A stretch of DNA of 64,000 nt from Pirellulales bacterium (GCA_044376405.1 JBILKZ010000003.1:4895-68894); one strand, 5' to 3'. Positions 44,155-54,499 are shown, counted from the first letter of the stretch. Numbers and translations: made by a program. Notes: generated by a model from the letters alone, not told the origin.

Positions 44155-44287
44155 AGGATCCCCCGGCTTACGCCGGGGGATCGTATGGGACGGACGGTCG
44201 CCGGCGAACGTACGAACGATCCCCCGGCTTGCGCCGGGGGCTTGTATGCGCTCATGCAAGCCCTGAGCGTAAGCGACGGGATGACCA
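44155..44287 (+). repeat. composite hairpin repeat, locus A (1 degenerate + 1 full copy, plus orientation)
   Basis: CCCCCGGC-TTAC-GCCGGGGG (44160-44179) and CCCCCGGC-TTGC-GCCGGGGG (44221-44240). The second is followed by GGGCTTGTATG-cgct-CATGCAAGCCC and the tail TGAGCGTAAGCGACGGGAT. It lies between the convergent lexA and ntrC-like genes. Confidence 0.85.
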
Positions 44288-44302
44288 GATATAGATGTCG
44301 CG

Positions 44303-45748
44303 TCACGCCACCGGTGCCGCTTCCTGCAGTTGATGCAGCTTGTTGTAGAGCGTCTTGAGGCTGATACCGAGTTCTTCGGCGGTCTTCGCCTTGTTGCCGT
44401 GGTTGCGTTCGAGTCCCTCGAGGATCGCTCGCATCTCCAGGTCGCGGAGGCTTTCCGGCTTGCGTGGCGGGGAGATCGCGACGGACGTCGCGACCGAACC
44501 GCCCGGGGCCTCAGTTGCCGTTCCCGCAACGGTTTTCGCGGGAGCTGCGGCCCTGGGAATCCCCACCCCGAGCCGCGCGGGAAGATGCTCGACCAAGAGC
44601 GGCAGTTCATCACAGAGCACCAGCGCGTGCTCGATTACGTTGGCCAATTCACGGATGTTCCCCGGCCAGCGATGGTGGGTGATCGCCTCGAATACTTCCT
44701 GCACGGCGACTGCGGCATCGGGCGGGGTCTGCGGCCTCGCTTTGTGCACAAAATGCCGCACGAGTGCGGGAATGTCGTCGATCCGCTCACGCAGTGGTGG
44801 AATGGCGATCTCGAACGTGTTGATTCGAAACAGCAGGTCTTCGCGAAACTCTCCGGCACCCACCATCTCCTCCAGGGAGCGATGCGTGGCGCAGACGACT
44901 CGCACATCGACCGTGATCGGCTGGTTGTCGCCCACGCGGCGGATCTCGCCGCTCTCCAGCGCCCGCAGCAGCCTTGATTGCAACTGCTTGGGGAGTTCAC
45001 CAATCTCGTCCAGGAAAAGCGTGCCGCCGTCGGCCACCTCAAAGAGCCCCGCCCGGTGCTCATCGGCACCGGTGAAGGCACCCTTGCGATGGCCAAACAG
45101 TTCGCTTTCCACCAGGTGCTCGGGCAGCGCGCCGCAATTGACCGCCACGAGCGGCCCCGCAGCCCGAGGGCTGCCTTCGTGGATCGCCCTGGCCACCAGC
45201 TCCTTGCCGGTGCCTGTCTCGCCTCGGATGAGCACGTTTGAGTCACTCGCCGCGACGCGGGCGACCAGTCGCCGCACCCGTTCCAAGCCGGGCGAAGCGC
45301 CCACGAGCTGGCCCGTCCCCTCGGCCCGACGAACCCGGCGTTCAAGCGCCCGCAGTCGGCTCGTCAGTTCCCGCTTCTTCCGCACCCGCTCGAGGACGGC
45401 CTGGATCTCGGCCAGTTTGCAAGGCTTGGTGAGGTAGTCGAAGACTCCCTGCCGGACCGCCGTCACCGCGCTCTCGAGCGACGACTTCCCGGTGATGATC
45501 ACCGTCTCCGTGTCGGCCGACGTCTCCCGCACGCGTGCGATCACGTCCAACCCACCCACGCCGGGCATGTCGAGATCGACGATCACGCAGTCGTAGGAGG
45601 TGCGTTCGAGTGCGGCCAGCGCCGTGCGACCGTCGGGACAGACCGTCGCCTCGTGGCCCAGCCGCGGCAATTCGATCCGCATCAGTTCCTGGATCGAGGT
45701 CTCGTCGTCGGCAAACAGGATTCGCATCGGCCTGACGTGCTGCTTCAT
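44303..45748 (-). CDS. sigma54-dependent response regulator (NtrC/AtoC family: REC + AAA+ + Fis HTH)
   Basis: DLDMPGVGG (REC), GETGTGKE, GAFTGA, ESELFGH and a C-terminal AEELGISLKTLYNKL. The SD GGGAGGA lies just upstream of the ATG at 45748. Confidence 0.93.
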   Translation of the reverse strand: MKQHVRPMRILFADDETSIQELMRIELPRLGHEATVCPDGRTALAALERTSYDCVIVDLDMPGVGGLDVIARVRETSADTETVIITGKSSLESAVTAVRQGVFDYLTKPCKLAEIQAVLERVRKKRELTSRLRALERRVRRAEGTGQLVGASPGLERVRRLVARVAASDSNVLIRGETGTGKELVARAIHEGSPRAAGPLVAVNCGALPEHLVESELFGHRKGAFTGADEHRAGLFEVADGGTLFLDEIGELPKQLQSRLLRALESGEIRRVGDNQPITVDVRVVCATHRSLEEMVGAGEFREDLLFRINTFEIAIPPLRERIDDIPALVRHFVHKARPQTPPDAAVAVQEVFEAITHHRWPGNIRELANVIEHALVLCDELPLLVEHLPARLGVGIPRAAAPAKTVAGTATEAPGGSVATSVAISPPRKPESLRDLEMRAILEGLERNHGNKAKTAEELGISLKTLYNKLHQLQEAAPVA

Positions 45749-45769
45749 GGCAATCCTCCCGAATGTGCG

Positions 45770-47455
45770 TTAGGCGGCATGGGCGTCTGGGGCCGATCCA
45801 TGCAACACGGCGACATCGCCCACGGCCGCCACTGGCAGCGTGACGCGAAACGTCGAGCCCTGCTCCTCGCCGGCGCTCGCGGCCGTGATCCTGCCGCCAT
45901 GGTCGGCGACGATGCGATGCACGATCGAAAGACCGAGGCCCGTTCCCTGCCCCGAACGGCGACGGGTGAAGAACGGCTCAAAGAGATGCTCGAGGACCTC
46001 TTCCGTCATGCCACAACCGTCGTCCGTGATCGTCAGCAGCGCCTCGGTGCCGCTCCGCCGCACACCCACGCGAACATGGCCCGACTCACCGATCGAGTCG
46101 AGCGCGTTGACGAGCAGGTTGAGGACGACCTGCTTGATCTCCTGCGGATTGACCATCACCAACACGTCCGGTCCCTCGTCGATCTCGATCGAGCGACCAG
46201 CAAACCGGCCGACATGCCGGAGCATGTCGGCCACGTCGGCGACGAGCGCCATCATCGCGGTCGCCTGCCGTCGCACCTCGCCCAGTCGCGAAAAGTCGAG
46301 GAGCTTCTCGGTGATCCCCTTGCAGCGAAAAGCCTCGGTTTGGATGAGCTCCAGATAGCGTTTCACGATCTGCGCATCGGCGTCGTCTGGAGCCAGCCCA
46401 TCCAGCCGGCTCTCCAGCGACTCGGCGCACATGGCGATCGATGCCAGCGGATTGTTGATCTCGTGGGCGACGCCGGCCGCCAAAAATCCGACGCTCGCCA
46501 GCTGTTCGCTCCGGATCACCTCGCGGGTGCGAAACTGCACCTGCCGGTCGAGGTCGTCGCGAATCTCCTCAAACCGTTCCGTCATGTCGTTGAGCGCGGC
46601 GGCCAACTCCGCCATCTCGTCGCTGGAGTCGAGCTTGAGCCGGAAGCCGAAATCGCCCGCGGCCACCCGGCGTGAACCGTTGCCGAGCAGCCGCAGCGGC
46701 CGAAAAACCCATCGATAGCTGAGCGCGCCAAGCGCCGCCAAGAGCGTTGCGGCCGCCAGAGCCGAGGCCCATGTGGTGACGATCAACGTGCGGTAGCCGC
46801 TGCGAACCTCGTGCGAAAGATCATGGAGACGCTCCTGCAGAAACGTGGGCAGTGCGGCGGAGAGCGCCGCCAACTGGTCCAGGTGCGGACTGCTGTCGAG
46901 CAACCGGCCCCGCTGCCACGGCACGCTGCCCTCGTCCTCTCCATCGTCGCCCGCCGCCGGCGGTGCCGGCGCGACGATCGTGTCGATGGTGTCGAGGCAG
47001 GTCGCGATCGCGGCGGCCGTTTCCCGCTCGCGGCTCCGATCGCCGAAGGGGAACGGCATGTTGTCCAGTTCGCCCTCGGCCAACTCTTCACAGTAGCGGT
47101 CAAGCGACCAGCGGGCGCGGGCGATCTGACCGGTGAACGTATCCGCGAACAGCGGCTCCTCGTCGTCCTCGGCATCATCCTCATCATCAGCTGGTGGAGG
47201 GGGAACCGCCTCGCCAACCAGCCCGAACTCAGCCTCGCCCGAAAGCGCCCGCGCGTGAGCCAGACGCAGACTGCCAACGCTGGCGTTCAAGTCGCTGGCG
47301 CGTGGCAGCTCAGCCGCCCGGCAGCTCAACGATCGCACCAGCCGCCGATAGGAATAGACACCGAGAAAGCTGCTGGCCGACAGCACGGCCACCATGATGC
47401 CGACGAGCGTGCCGCCGAGCAGCAGCTTGTTGCGAATGGGGCGTCGCTTGATCAC
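45770..47455 (-). CDS. sensor histidine kinase (TM-sensor-TM-HAMP-HisKA-HATPase)
   Basis: H-box HEINNPLASI, N-box VLNLLVNALDS and G-box GTGLGLSIV. I take the GTG start (VIKRRPIRNKLLLGG). The ORF track extends to 47728 and Met codons at 47557 or 47728 remain possible. Confidence 0.85.
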   Translation of the reverse strand: MIKRRPIRNKLLLGGTLVGIMVAVLSASSFLGVYSYRRLVRSLSCRAAELPRASDLNASVGSLRLAHARALSGEAEFGLVGEAVPPPPADDEDDAEDDEEPLFADTFTGQIARARWSLDRYCEELAEGELDNMPFPFGDRSRERETAAAIATCLDTIDTIVAPAPPAAGDDGEDEGSVPWQRGRLLDSSPHLDQLAALSAALPTFLQERLHDLSHEVRSGYRTLIVTTWASALAAATLLAALGALSYRWVFRPLRLLGNGSRRVAAGDFGFRLKLDSSDEMAELAAALNDMTERFEEIRDDLDRQVQFRTREVIRSEQLASVGFLAAGVAHEINNPLASIAMCAESLESRLDGLAPDDADAQIVKRYLELIQTEAFRCKGITEKLLDFSRLGEVRRQATAMMALVADVADMLRHVGRFAGRSIEIDEGPDVLVMVNPQEIKQVVLNLLVNALDSIGESGHVRVGVRRSGTEALLTITDDGCGMTEEVLEHLFEPFFTRRRSGQGTGLGLSIVHRIVADHGGRITAASAGEEQGSTFRVTLPVAAVGDVAVLHGSAPDAHAA

Positions 47456-47495
47456 GTCAGAATTCCCTACTGGCAGACTGCGGTGGCGGGGGAAC

Positions 47496-47548
47496 GTAGC
47501 AAAAGCCCCGCTTCGCCAGAAGGGCGACTTCGTCCCGTGAAAAGCGGG
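47496..47548 (-). terminator. possible weak terminator/attenuator between the vWA gene and the kinase gene
   Basis: On the minus strand, CCCGCTT ... AAGCGGG (7-bp stem, 47507-47513 paired with 47542-47548) is followed by GCTTTTGC. The loop is long (28 nt), so this is weak. Confidence 0.3.
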
Positions 47549-47731
47549 CACCGGCATACTGCGGGCCGGGATCGGCGGTGCAACTCGCTGGAACGGCGGG
47601 CTCCCCGAACACCGAAGCGAGCTTAGGACGCCTCGGCGGAGCCGTCGCACCATCATCCCCAACGTCGTCGCCGAGCCGTCCGCGAGCGCAGCGTGTTCGG
47701 GGAGCCCGCCCGGCGGCGCAACCCGCATCCC

Positions 47732-50026
47732 CTACACCAGGCCGAACCGCTTCCGCAGGAACCACTCGGTGCACATGAACGCCGCCAGCAGGAGGAACAT
47801 CGGCCACTTGTCCCAGGCCGCGAACGACCATTCCTCCGTGGTCTCGAAGGCCGCCGGTTTCTTGGCGATCTCGTCGAAGATGCCCGGCAGTTCCTCGGGC
47901 AGCCGCACGCCCCCTCCGGTCGCCTCGGCCAACTGTCGCATCAGCCGCGGATTGGCCCGTGGATTGGCCAGCTCCAGATCCTGTCGCACGACCGTGAATC
48001 GGGCGGCGCGTTCCAGCGGAGTCAGATCCCCTGGCCGCGACGCTTTCACCACCAGCTTCCAATCGCCCGGGTCGCTGAAGTCAGAGGCCGTGCCGGTGAA
48101 CGTCTCGCCCCGCCTCGCAATGCGGACGGGCCGTGGGAGGCCGGACGGTGAAACAGCGAACGCCTCGACCGCGACGTCGGTCACAGCCGTGCCATCGGCC
48201 TTCGTCAGGCCGGCATCGAATGCGAGTGGAACGCCGGGCGAAATTCGCCGCTGCGCCAGACGGATCCAGAGTGCATCCTGTTCGGAGTCGTCGTGCTTGG
48301 CGAGCCAGAGCACCAGTTGCCGCCAGAAGCGCCGATGCTGCTCGACCGCGCCCTGCATCGCCCATCGCCAGGTCGAGTCGCCGGCGAACGCCAGCACGCG
48401 GCCGTCGCCGTATTCGCGACCGACGAGCAGCGGCCGGCCGTCAGCCGTCACGGCAAGCGGCTTGGCCGTGGGCACGAGCCGACCGAGATCGTTTGCGCCC
48501 TCGAGCGGCGGAAGGGCCTGCCAGACCGCACGCGAGTCCTGCTCGCTCTTTCCCTGCCGCAGGATCGACACGCCGCCAAAGCGTGTGTCGGGAAGCATCT
48601 GCAGCGGCCCCTTGAGATGAAGGCTCTCACGCACCGGCTCGTCGAACGACTGCCGTGCGAGACGATCAGGCTCGAACGGCAGCGCCGGTGCGAGTGCAGA
48701 ACTGCCCCAGCCTCCGGCCTCGAACGCATGAAAACCGCCGAGCATGCCGATGCCGGCACCGGCCTGCACCTTACGGAGGATCTTCTGCAGATCGTCGCGC
48801 CGTACCGCCGCGGAGTCGAGGTCTCCGATCAGGAAGACGTTGTAATCGCCCGACAACTGCCGGCTGATATCAACAGGCCAAGTGTCGCGACGGCCTGAAT
48901 CGATCCAGCGGAAATCGACCTGCATATCGGGGCTGGCCGCGAGCACGCGGCGCAAAAACCGCTGCTCGACCCTGAGACTCCCTTCCAGGTAGAGCACCCG
49001 CAGACCGCCGTCGACCACCTCTACGAACGTCGAAAGTTCGTTGTTGGTGACCACCACTTCCCCCTCCTGCCGCTCGACGACGAGCGACAGCTTCCGTTCG
49101 CCCAGGCTCTGCGGCGTCCAGGCGAGGCGGACCGCCTCCTCGACCTCTGCACCTCCTTTCACGGTGGTGCGGGCCACCTCCTCCATGCCGCCGGTCTCGT
49201 TCTCGGCCAACAGCTTCACCACGGCATCCCGGTCTGCCAGCCCCTCCAGTCGCACGCGGCCGGCGACCTCCAACTGGTTCTTGAGGTAGACAGTCTCGCC
49301 GACCGACAGGTTCACGATCGCTGCATCTCGGCCCTGCCCCGCCCCGAGCTGCTGCCCGAACGTGACGCTCCACAGCGGCACACCGGCGTCACCAACGGCA
49401 CGCGCGGCCGTCTGCGGCGGCTCGTCGCGCGGCGGATAGGCGTGCTGGGCGCCGTCGCTGAGCACGATCACACCGGCAAGCTGCCGACCGGCACCAGCCC
49501 GCACCGCCTCGGCAATGGCCGCACCGATCGCCGTCTGATCGGAGGTCTTGCCGGCCTGCCAGGCTGCGAGCGGAAACGGATTGCCTGACGCCGCGGCCAC
49601 GGGACTCAATTCGCGATCGAATGCATACGTTGCGATGTCGAAATCGCCGCTCACCACCAGGGCCTCGGCAGCCGGCCGTGCCGCCGTTAGCGCCGCAGTC
49701 AACGCATCCCAGCGGCTCTGGCCATTGGGACCGTCCGCCACGGTCATGCTCTTCGAGGCATCGGCGAGCACCACCACGGTGCCCTGCTGCCGCGCCTGCC
49801 GAGTCGAGACGAAGGTCGGCCTCAGCATGCAGAGCACGATCGCAAGAAACGCACCGAGCCGCAGAAGCACGAGCAACAGCACGCGACCGTTGGACACACG
49901 GGAGCGGTCGGGTGGCACGGCCAGCAGCACGGCCATGAGCGCGACCGTGACCAGCACCACGAGGAGCCACGAGCCCACAGGGTCAAAGTGAACTGCCACC
50001 CGTTGCAATGACGTGACCGCGATCAT
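47732..50026 (-). CDS. membrane protein with vWA-like and GATase1/ThuA-like segments (Bat-type module component)
   Basis: Two N-terminal TM helices, then VVVLADASKSMTV...VIVLSDGAQH (vWA-like), then VFLIGDLDSAAV...GIGMLGGFHAFEAGGW, and a C-terminal TM helix. Its ATG overlaps the upstream stop (ATGA). Confidence 0.8.
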   Translation of the reverse strand: MIAVTSLQRVAVHFDPVGSWLLVVLVTVALMAVLLAVPPDRSRVSNGRVLLLVLLRLGAFLAIVLCMLRPTFVSTRQARQQGTVVVLADASKSMTVADGPNGQSRWDALTAALTAARPAAEALVVSGDFDIATYAFDRELSPVAAASGNPFPLAAWQAGKTSDQTAIGAAIAEAVRAGAGRQLAGVIVLSDGAQHAYPPRDEPPQTAARAVGDAGVPLWSVTFGQQLGAGQGRDAAIVNLSVGETVYLKNQLEVAGRVRLEGLADRDAVVKLLAENETGGMEEVARTTVKGGAEVEEAVRLAWTPQSLGERKLSLVVERQEGEVVVTNNELSTFVEVVDGGLRVLYLEGSLRVEQRFLRRVLAASPDMQVDFRWIDSGRRDTWPVDISRQLSGDYNVFLIGDLDSAAVRRDDLQKILRKVQAGAGIGMLGGFHAFEAGGWGSSALAPALPFEPDRLARQSFDEPVRESLHLKGPLQMLPDTRFGGVSILRQGKSEQDSRAVWQALPPLEGANDLGRLVPTAKPLAVTADGRPLLVGREYGDGRVLAFAGDSTWRWAMQGAVEQHRRFWRQLVLWLAKHDDSEQDALWIRLAQRRISPGVPLAFDAGLTKADGTAVTDVAVEAFAVSPSGLPRPVRIARRGETFTGTASDFSDPGDWKLVVKASRPGDLTPLERAARFTVVRQDLELANPRANPRLMRQLAEATGGGVRLPEELPGIFDEIAKKPAAFETTEEWSFAAWDKWPMFLLLAAFMCTEWFLRKRFGLV

Positions 50027-52353
50027 GCGCCGGCCTCCTGCTCAACGCCTTCCGGCAGGGGCGGCGGCTCACCGGCCGACCGGCTGGCCCGTGCCGCAGA
50101 CCGTGTCACTGCGGCTCCCGCCTTCACGTCGGCTGCAGTCGCTTCCTCGGCCGCCGCTGCAAACTCAGCCGCCGTACTTGCACCGGCCGCGATTTCCTCT
50201 CGCGGCGCATAGAAGCGGTTAGCCACGATCCAATCGGCCGCCATGACCAGGGCGGTGAGCAGGATGATCCAGCCGAAGAGTTCGGCACCGACGCGTTCCA
50301 GGTTGACGTCTCGCACAAGCTCCGCCTCGGTCCGCGCGATTCTCTGGCCTTGCCCCCATACCGTGGCAAGACTGTCGGCATTGAGACGGGTGAAATCCGT
50401 GGCGGTGGGATCGAGGCTGGCGCTAAACCCGGTCAGCAGGCCCCCCACCGCACCGCCGGCACGGACCGAATAATTGCCGGGAAGCTGCGTGGCAGTGACC
50501 GTCAGCGCACCGCGGGCCTGATCGATGGCGACGGGAAACTCATCCCCGCTCGGCGGCCGCACAAACGCGGCCGGCACATCGGGGCGTGCCACGTGCAGGC
50601 TGGCTGGCCGGCCGGCCACGACATTCAGGTCATCGGTCGTGTCGATCGCCCGCAGGAGCGTCTCGTTGGCGAGCATCACGAACGGCCAGGGCTCGAAGCC
50701 TGTCGCAAGGGTGTTCCACGCGTCCGGATCATCGGCTGACTGCGAGACGGGTGTGGTCACAGTCACCACCATCCCCTGCCCAAGCGTGTGCTCGATCACC
50801 GCGGGCAGTCCGTTGCGGTAGGCCGCCACGACATTGGCCGTCGCGTCTGCGTCGGCGCCAGCGGGCGCGGCGCGACTCGTCTCGAATTCCCAGTGCCTCG
50901 CCACCGGAAAATCCTGCCACGGCACGGCATCGCCAACCCGGCGGAACGCCGCGAGCATGGGATGGTCGAGCGCTGCAGGAGCCAGATAGTTGTCGCCACC
51001 GGCTGCCCGCCAAACCCTCACGATGCCGCCGCCGAGCACCCGCTGCGAGGCTTCACTGTTGAACCGCGACGCATCGCCTGCCTTGGGACCGAGCCACACC
51101 ACCAGACCGCGGCCCGTAGCCACCCACTGACTGAGCAGGTCCCAGGTCGCAGGCGGCAGCGGCGGCGGATCGACGAGGACGATGCCGCGATAGTCGTCCC
51201 AGGCCAGCGACGCCAACTCCGCCACGTCGGCGACCGTGACCGTGAAGGCCGCCTGGCCCGCCTTGGCAAGCGTCATCGGCGCGATGGCCTGCGACAGGAA
51301 CAGGCCCGTGCGCGATGCCGGGGCCGGCGCTGCCACGAGCACGCGGGCCGCAGCCCCCACCTCGACGGTGAAGCACCGTGCGTTGTCGGCCTCGAGGTCA
51401 TCGGTGCCATCGATCACCACGCAGCCCTGTCGAACACCTGGCTCGAGACCCGTGATCTCGAAATCGATCTGACCACCGGCACCCTCCTTCCACGCGCCCG
51501 GCTTCACGGCTCGCCTCATCGAGCGACCGTCGGCACCGACCATCTCCACCGCCACTGCCCGAACGGCATCGGTACCGACGCGACTGGTCGCGACTGTGAG
51601 CCCGAGCGGCGAGCCGGCGGGAATTCTGTCACTGGAGAGCTCGACCGCATCGATCGCAAAATTACGGGCCGACGTCGCGCCCACGTCAACGACGAGCAGG
51701 CTCGTGTCGGGATGCGACGCGGCGAGGTCGAGCGGTGGAGCGTTATCCCAGGCCCCGCGCGAGCAGTCGGTGAAGAGATAGATCTCGCGCCGCGGTATTC
51801 CCGAGCCGTCCAAGAGCCGGAGGCCGGCAGCGAGCGACTGCGCGAGCGATGCCGCCGGCGTGGTGGCGGCGAGTCGGTCGATCCGGGCCGCGGCCGCCGC
51901 GATCGTGGGGGAAAACGCCGCTGCACCGCCCGACGTATCGAGCACGGCAACCTTGCTCCCCGTCGGCAGTTTCTGGAAAAGCACTCTGGCCATGGCAGCG
52001 GCCTGCTCAAGCCGCGTGCGATTGCCTTCCCGCAGGAGCATCCGCGGCGCCGTGTCGAAGATGAATGCCGCCGCCACCGGCCCCTCGCCATCGGCCAGCC
52101 AGCCGGCACCACGGAGCACCGGCCGGGCCAGAGCGAACGCCAGCAGGGCCAGCGCCGCCATTCGCAGGAGGAGCAGAAACAGGTGGCTGAGGCGGAGCCG
52201 TCGGCGGTTTGCGACCGCCTTCTGCCGCAAAAACCGCAGTGCCGGAAACTCCCGCTTCACCGGCTTTCGCCGCATGATGAGATGGAGCACCAGCGGCACG
52301 GCGACCAGCGCCGCGCCACCCAGCAGCATCGGTGTCAGAAACGAGAGGCCCAT
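50023..52353 (-). CDS. BatA-N (aerotolerance-regulator N-terminal double-TM) domain protein with vWA-like region
   Basis: MGLSFLTPMLLGGAALVAVPLVLHLIMRRKP...LLLLRMAALALLAFALARPV is the classic BatA_N/TIGR02226-type N-terminus. It has a C-terminal TM helix. Confidence 0.85.
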   Translation of the reverse strand: MGLSFLTPMLLGGAALVAVPLVLHLIMRRKPVKREFPALRFLRQKAVANRRRLRLSHLFLLLLRMAALALLAFALARPVLRGAGWLADGEGPVAAAFIFDTAPRMLLREGNRTRLEQAAAMARVLFQKLPTGSKVAVLDTSGGAAAFSPTIAAAAARIDRLAATTPAASLAQSLAAGLRLLDGSGIPRREIYLFTDCSRGAWDNAPPLDLAASHPDTSLLVVDVGATSARNFAIDAVELSSDRIPAGSPLGLTVATSRVGTDAVRAVAVEMVGADGRSMRRAVKPGAWKEGAGGQIDFEITGLEPGVRQGCVVIDGTDDLEADNARCFTVEVGAAARVLVAAPAPASRTGLFLSQAIAPMTLAKAGQAAFTVTVADVAELASLAWDDYRGIVLVDPPPLPPATWDLLSQWVATGRGLVVWLGPKAGDASRFNSEASQRVLGGGIVRVWRAAGGDNYLAPAALDHPMLAAFRRVGDAVPWQDFPVARHWEFETSRAAPAGADADATANVVAAYRNGLPAVIEHTLGQGMVVTVTTPVSQSADDPDAWNTLATGFEPWPFVMLANETLLRAIDTTDDLNVVAGRPASLHVARPDVPAAFVRPPSGDEFPVAIDQARGALTVTATQLPGNYSVRAGGAVGGLLTGFSASLDPTATDFTRLNADSLATVWGQGQRIARTEAELVRDVNLERVGAELFGWIILLTALVMAADWIVANRFYAPREEIAAGASTAAEFAAAAEEATAADVKAGAAVTRSAARASRSAGEPPPLPEGVEQEAGA

Positions 52354-52365
52354 GTTCGCCTATCA

Positions 52366-53265
52366 CTAAAACCGGTTTCGGCGGCTGGAGAGATATCCCA
52401 GCAGGGCTCGGTCGAACTGCATGCTCGTGTCGAGCGGTACGTAATCGATACCGGCATGAAAGCAGGTCTTGCGATAGTCCTCCCGAAACGCCTCCACGCC
52501 CGCGACATACTGCTTGCGGGCCGCATCGGCATCGACCACCAGACGGTCGAGCGACTCGGGTTCCGTGAACTCCACCATTCCCTCGAACGGGAAGCGGACC
52601 TCCGCCTCGTCGAGCACGTGGAAGAGGATCACGTCGTGCCCCCGATGACGCAGCCGCAAAAGGGCGTCGCGAACCGGCTCCGGATCCGCCAGCAGGTCGC
52701 TGAACACCATCACGAGCGAGCGGTGCCGGAGCATCGCAGCCACCTGCACCAGGCTGCGGGCGATGTCGGTCTTGCCGGAGGGCTTCACCTTCGCAAGCAC
52801 CGACAGCACCTGCGCGATCTGCGACCGCTTCGAGCGGGCCGGCAGGCTGGCATGGAGCTTCTCGTCAAACACCATCAGGCCGCAGGGATCCTGCTGGTGG
52901 ATCATCAGCCAGCAGAGGGCCGCGGCCAGCGAGATCGAGTAGTCGAGCTTCGTGAGTTCCTGCCGGTAGGTGTAGGCCATCGAGGCGCTCGTATCGACCA
53001 CCAGATACCCGGTGATGTTGGTTTCGGCCTCAAACTTCTTGACGTAGTGCTTGTCGGTCTTGGCGTAGACCAGCCAGTCGATGTCCTTGGGATCATCGCC
53101 GGAGGTGTATTTACGATGCTCACTGAACTCGACGGAAAACCCCTGGTAGGGGCTGGCGTGGAGACCCTGCAGGAAGCCTCGCACGATGAACTGGGCGCGG
53201 AGATCAAGCCTCGCGATCTGCCGCACCACCTCCGGCTTCAGGTATTCCTCGACCGCCCGCACCAT
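52366..53265 (-). CDS. DUF58 domain protein
   Basis: LHASPYQGFSVEFSEHRKYTSGDDPKDIDW is the DUF58 signature. It is followed by a vWA-like half. Confidence 0.9.
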   Translation of the reverse strand: MVRAVEEYLKPEVVRQIARLDLRAQFIVRGFLQGLHASPYQGFSVEFSEHRKYTSGDDPKDIDWLVYAKTDKHYVKKFEAETNITGYLVVDTSASMAYTYRQELTKLDYSISLAAALCWLMIHQQDPCGLMVFDEKLHASLPARSKRSQIAQVLSVLAKVKPSGKTDIARSLVQVAAMLRHRSLVMVFSDLLADPEPVRDALLRLRHRGHDVILFHVLDEAEVRFPFEGMVEFTEPESLDRLVVDADAARKQYVAGVEAFREDYRKTCFHAGIDYVPLDTSMQFDRALLGYLSSRRNRF

Positions 53266-53278
53266 GGGATCGCTCCGG

Positions 53279-54352
53279 TCACTTCACCAGCTTTGGAATC
53301 TCGGGCTCCGGAATCTCGCGGACCAGCCGCTCGATGATCGACTCGCTGGTGAGGCCGTCGGCCTGCGCCTGAAAGTTGGTGGCGATGCGGTGCCGCAGCA
53401 CCGGCACGGCGATCCGCCGGATGTCCTCCAGCGACACGCTGAACCGCCCGTCCATCGCGGCCATCGCCTTGCCGCCCTGGATGAGAAACTGTCCCGCCCG
53501 CGGCCCCGCGCCCCAGTCGACCAGCTCCGTCACGTAGGACGGTGCCTGCGGATCCTTGGGACGCGTCGCCCGCACGAGCCGGGCCACGTATTTCACAACG
53601 TATTCGCTCACGGCCACGCTGCCGACGAGCTTCTGGATGTTGACGATCGCCCGACCCGACAGCACCTTCCGCACCTCGGGCTTCTCGGCCCGCGTCGTCG
53701 CCATCAGGATCTGCTCCTCCTCGCTGGCCGTGGGATACCCAACCTTGATGTTGAACATGAAGCGGTCGAGCTGCGCCTCAGGCAGCGGATACGTCCCCTC
53801 CTGCTCGATCGGATTCTGCGTGGCGATCGTGAAGAACGGGTCGGGCAGGGAGTAGGTCTCCTGACCGACGGAAACCTCCCGCTCCTGCATCGCTTGCAGG
53901 AGCGCCGCCTGGGTCTTGGGCGGAGTGCGATTGATCTCGTCGGCGAGCAGGATGTTGGTGAAGATCGGCCCTTCGACGAAGCGAAACCGCCGCCGGCCGG
54001 CCTCGTCCTCCTCGAGCACGTTGGTGCCGGTGATGTCGGAGGGCATCAGGTCAGGCGTGAACTGAACCCGCTTGAAGCCGACGTCGAGGATACGGGCCAG
54101 CGTCGACACCATCAGCGTTTTGGCCAGTCCCGGCACGCCCTCCAGCAGGCAGTGCCCGCGGGTGAAGATGGCGGCGAAGAGCTGCTCGATGACTTCGTTC
54201 TGGCCGACGATCACCTTCTGCAGTTCCTCCTGCATCAGCTTCCGATGCTGGGCGAACTCCTGCAGAATCTCATCGAGGGTCTTGGGGCGGGCGGCGGTGG
54301 ACACTCCTGTGATCCCTCCGGTTGTGAACCTGGCGTGCGCGTGGGGCGGCAC
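53279..54352 (-). CDS. MoxR-family AAA+ ATPase
   Basis: Walker A LLEGVPGLAKT, Walker B ILLADEINRTPPKTQAALLQAMQE and a C-terminal AAA lid. The ORF-track start is a GTG. An alternative GTG lies at 54304. Confidence 0.92.
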   Translation of the reverse strand: MPPHAHARFTTGGITGVSTAARPKTLDEILQEFAQHRKLMQEELQKVIVGQNEVIEQLFAAIFTRGHCLLEGVPGLAKTLMVSTLARILDVGFKRVQFTPDLMPSDITGTNVLEEDEAGRRRFRFVEGPIFTNILLADEINRTPPKTQAALLQAMQEREVSVGQETYSLPDPFFTIATQNPIEQEGTYPLPEAQLDRFMFNIKVGYPTASEEEQILMATTRAEKPEVRKVLSGRAIVNIQKLVGSVAVSEYVVKYVARLVRATRPKDPQAPSYVTELVDWGAGPRAGQFLIQGGKAMAAMDGRFSVSLEDIRRIAVPVLRHRIATNFQAQADGLTSESIIERLVREIPEPEIPKLVK

Positions 54353-54499
54353 AATACCTCAGTATCCGCCCCAGCACCGAAACCAGCAAACGTCCATCGT
54401 TCTACCAGCCGCTTTTCCACATGCCGTCGTCCAAGGTCGATCTGTGCCCATGGGAGAAAACCGGTACGATGGATTCAGGCCTTCACGAAAGGGTGTGAC

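Noticed and set aside
53186-54499. First ~430 codons of ORF-track entry 53186..56902.
   Set aside because: It is antisense to the MoxR ATPase and DUF58 genes and has low-complexity Arg/Leu/Gly/His composition. A signal-peptide-like sequence appears only after about 54500.
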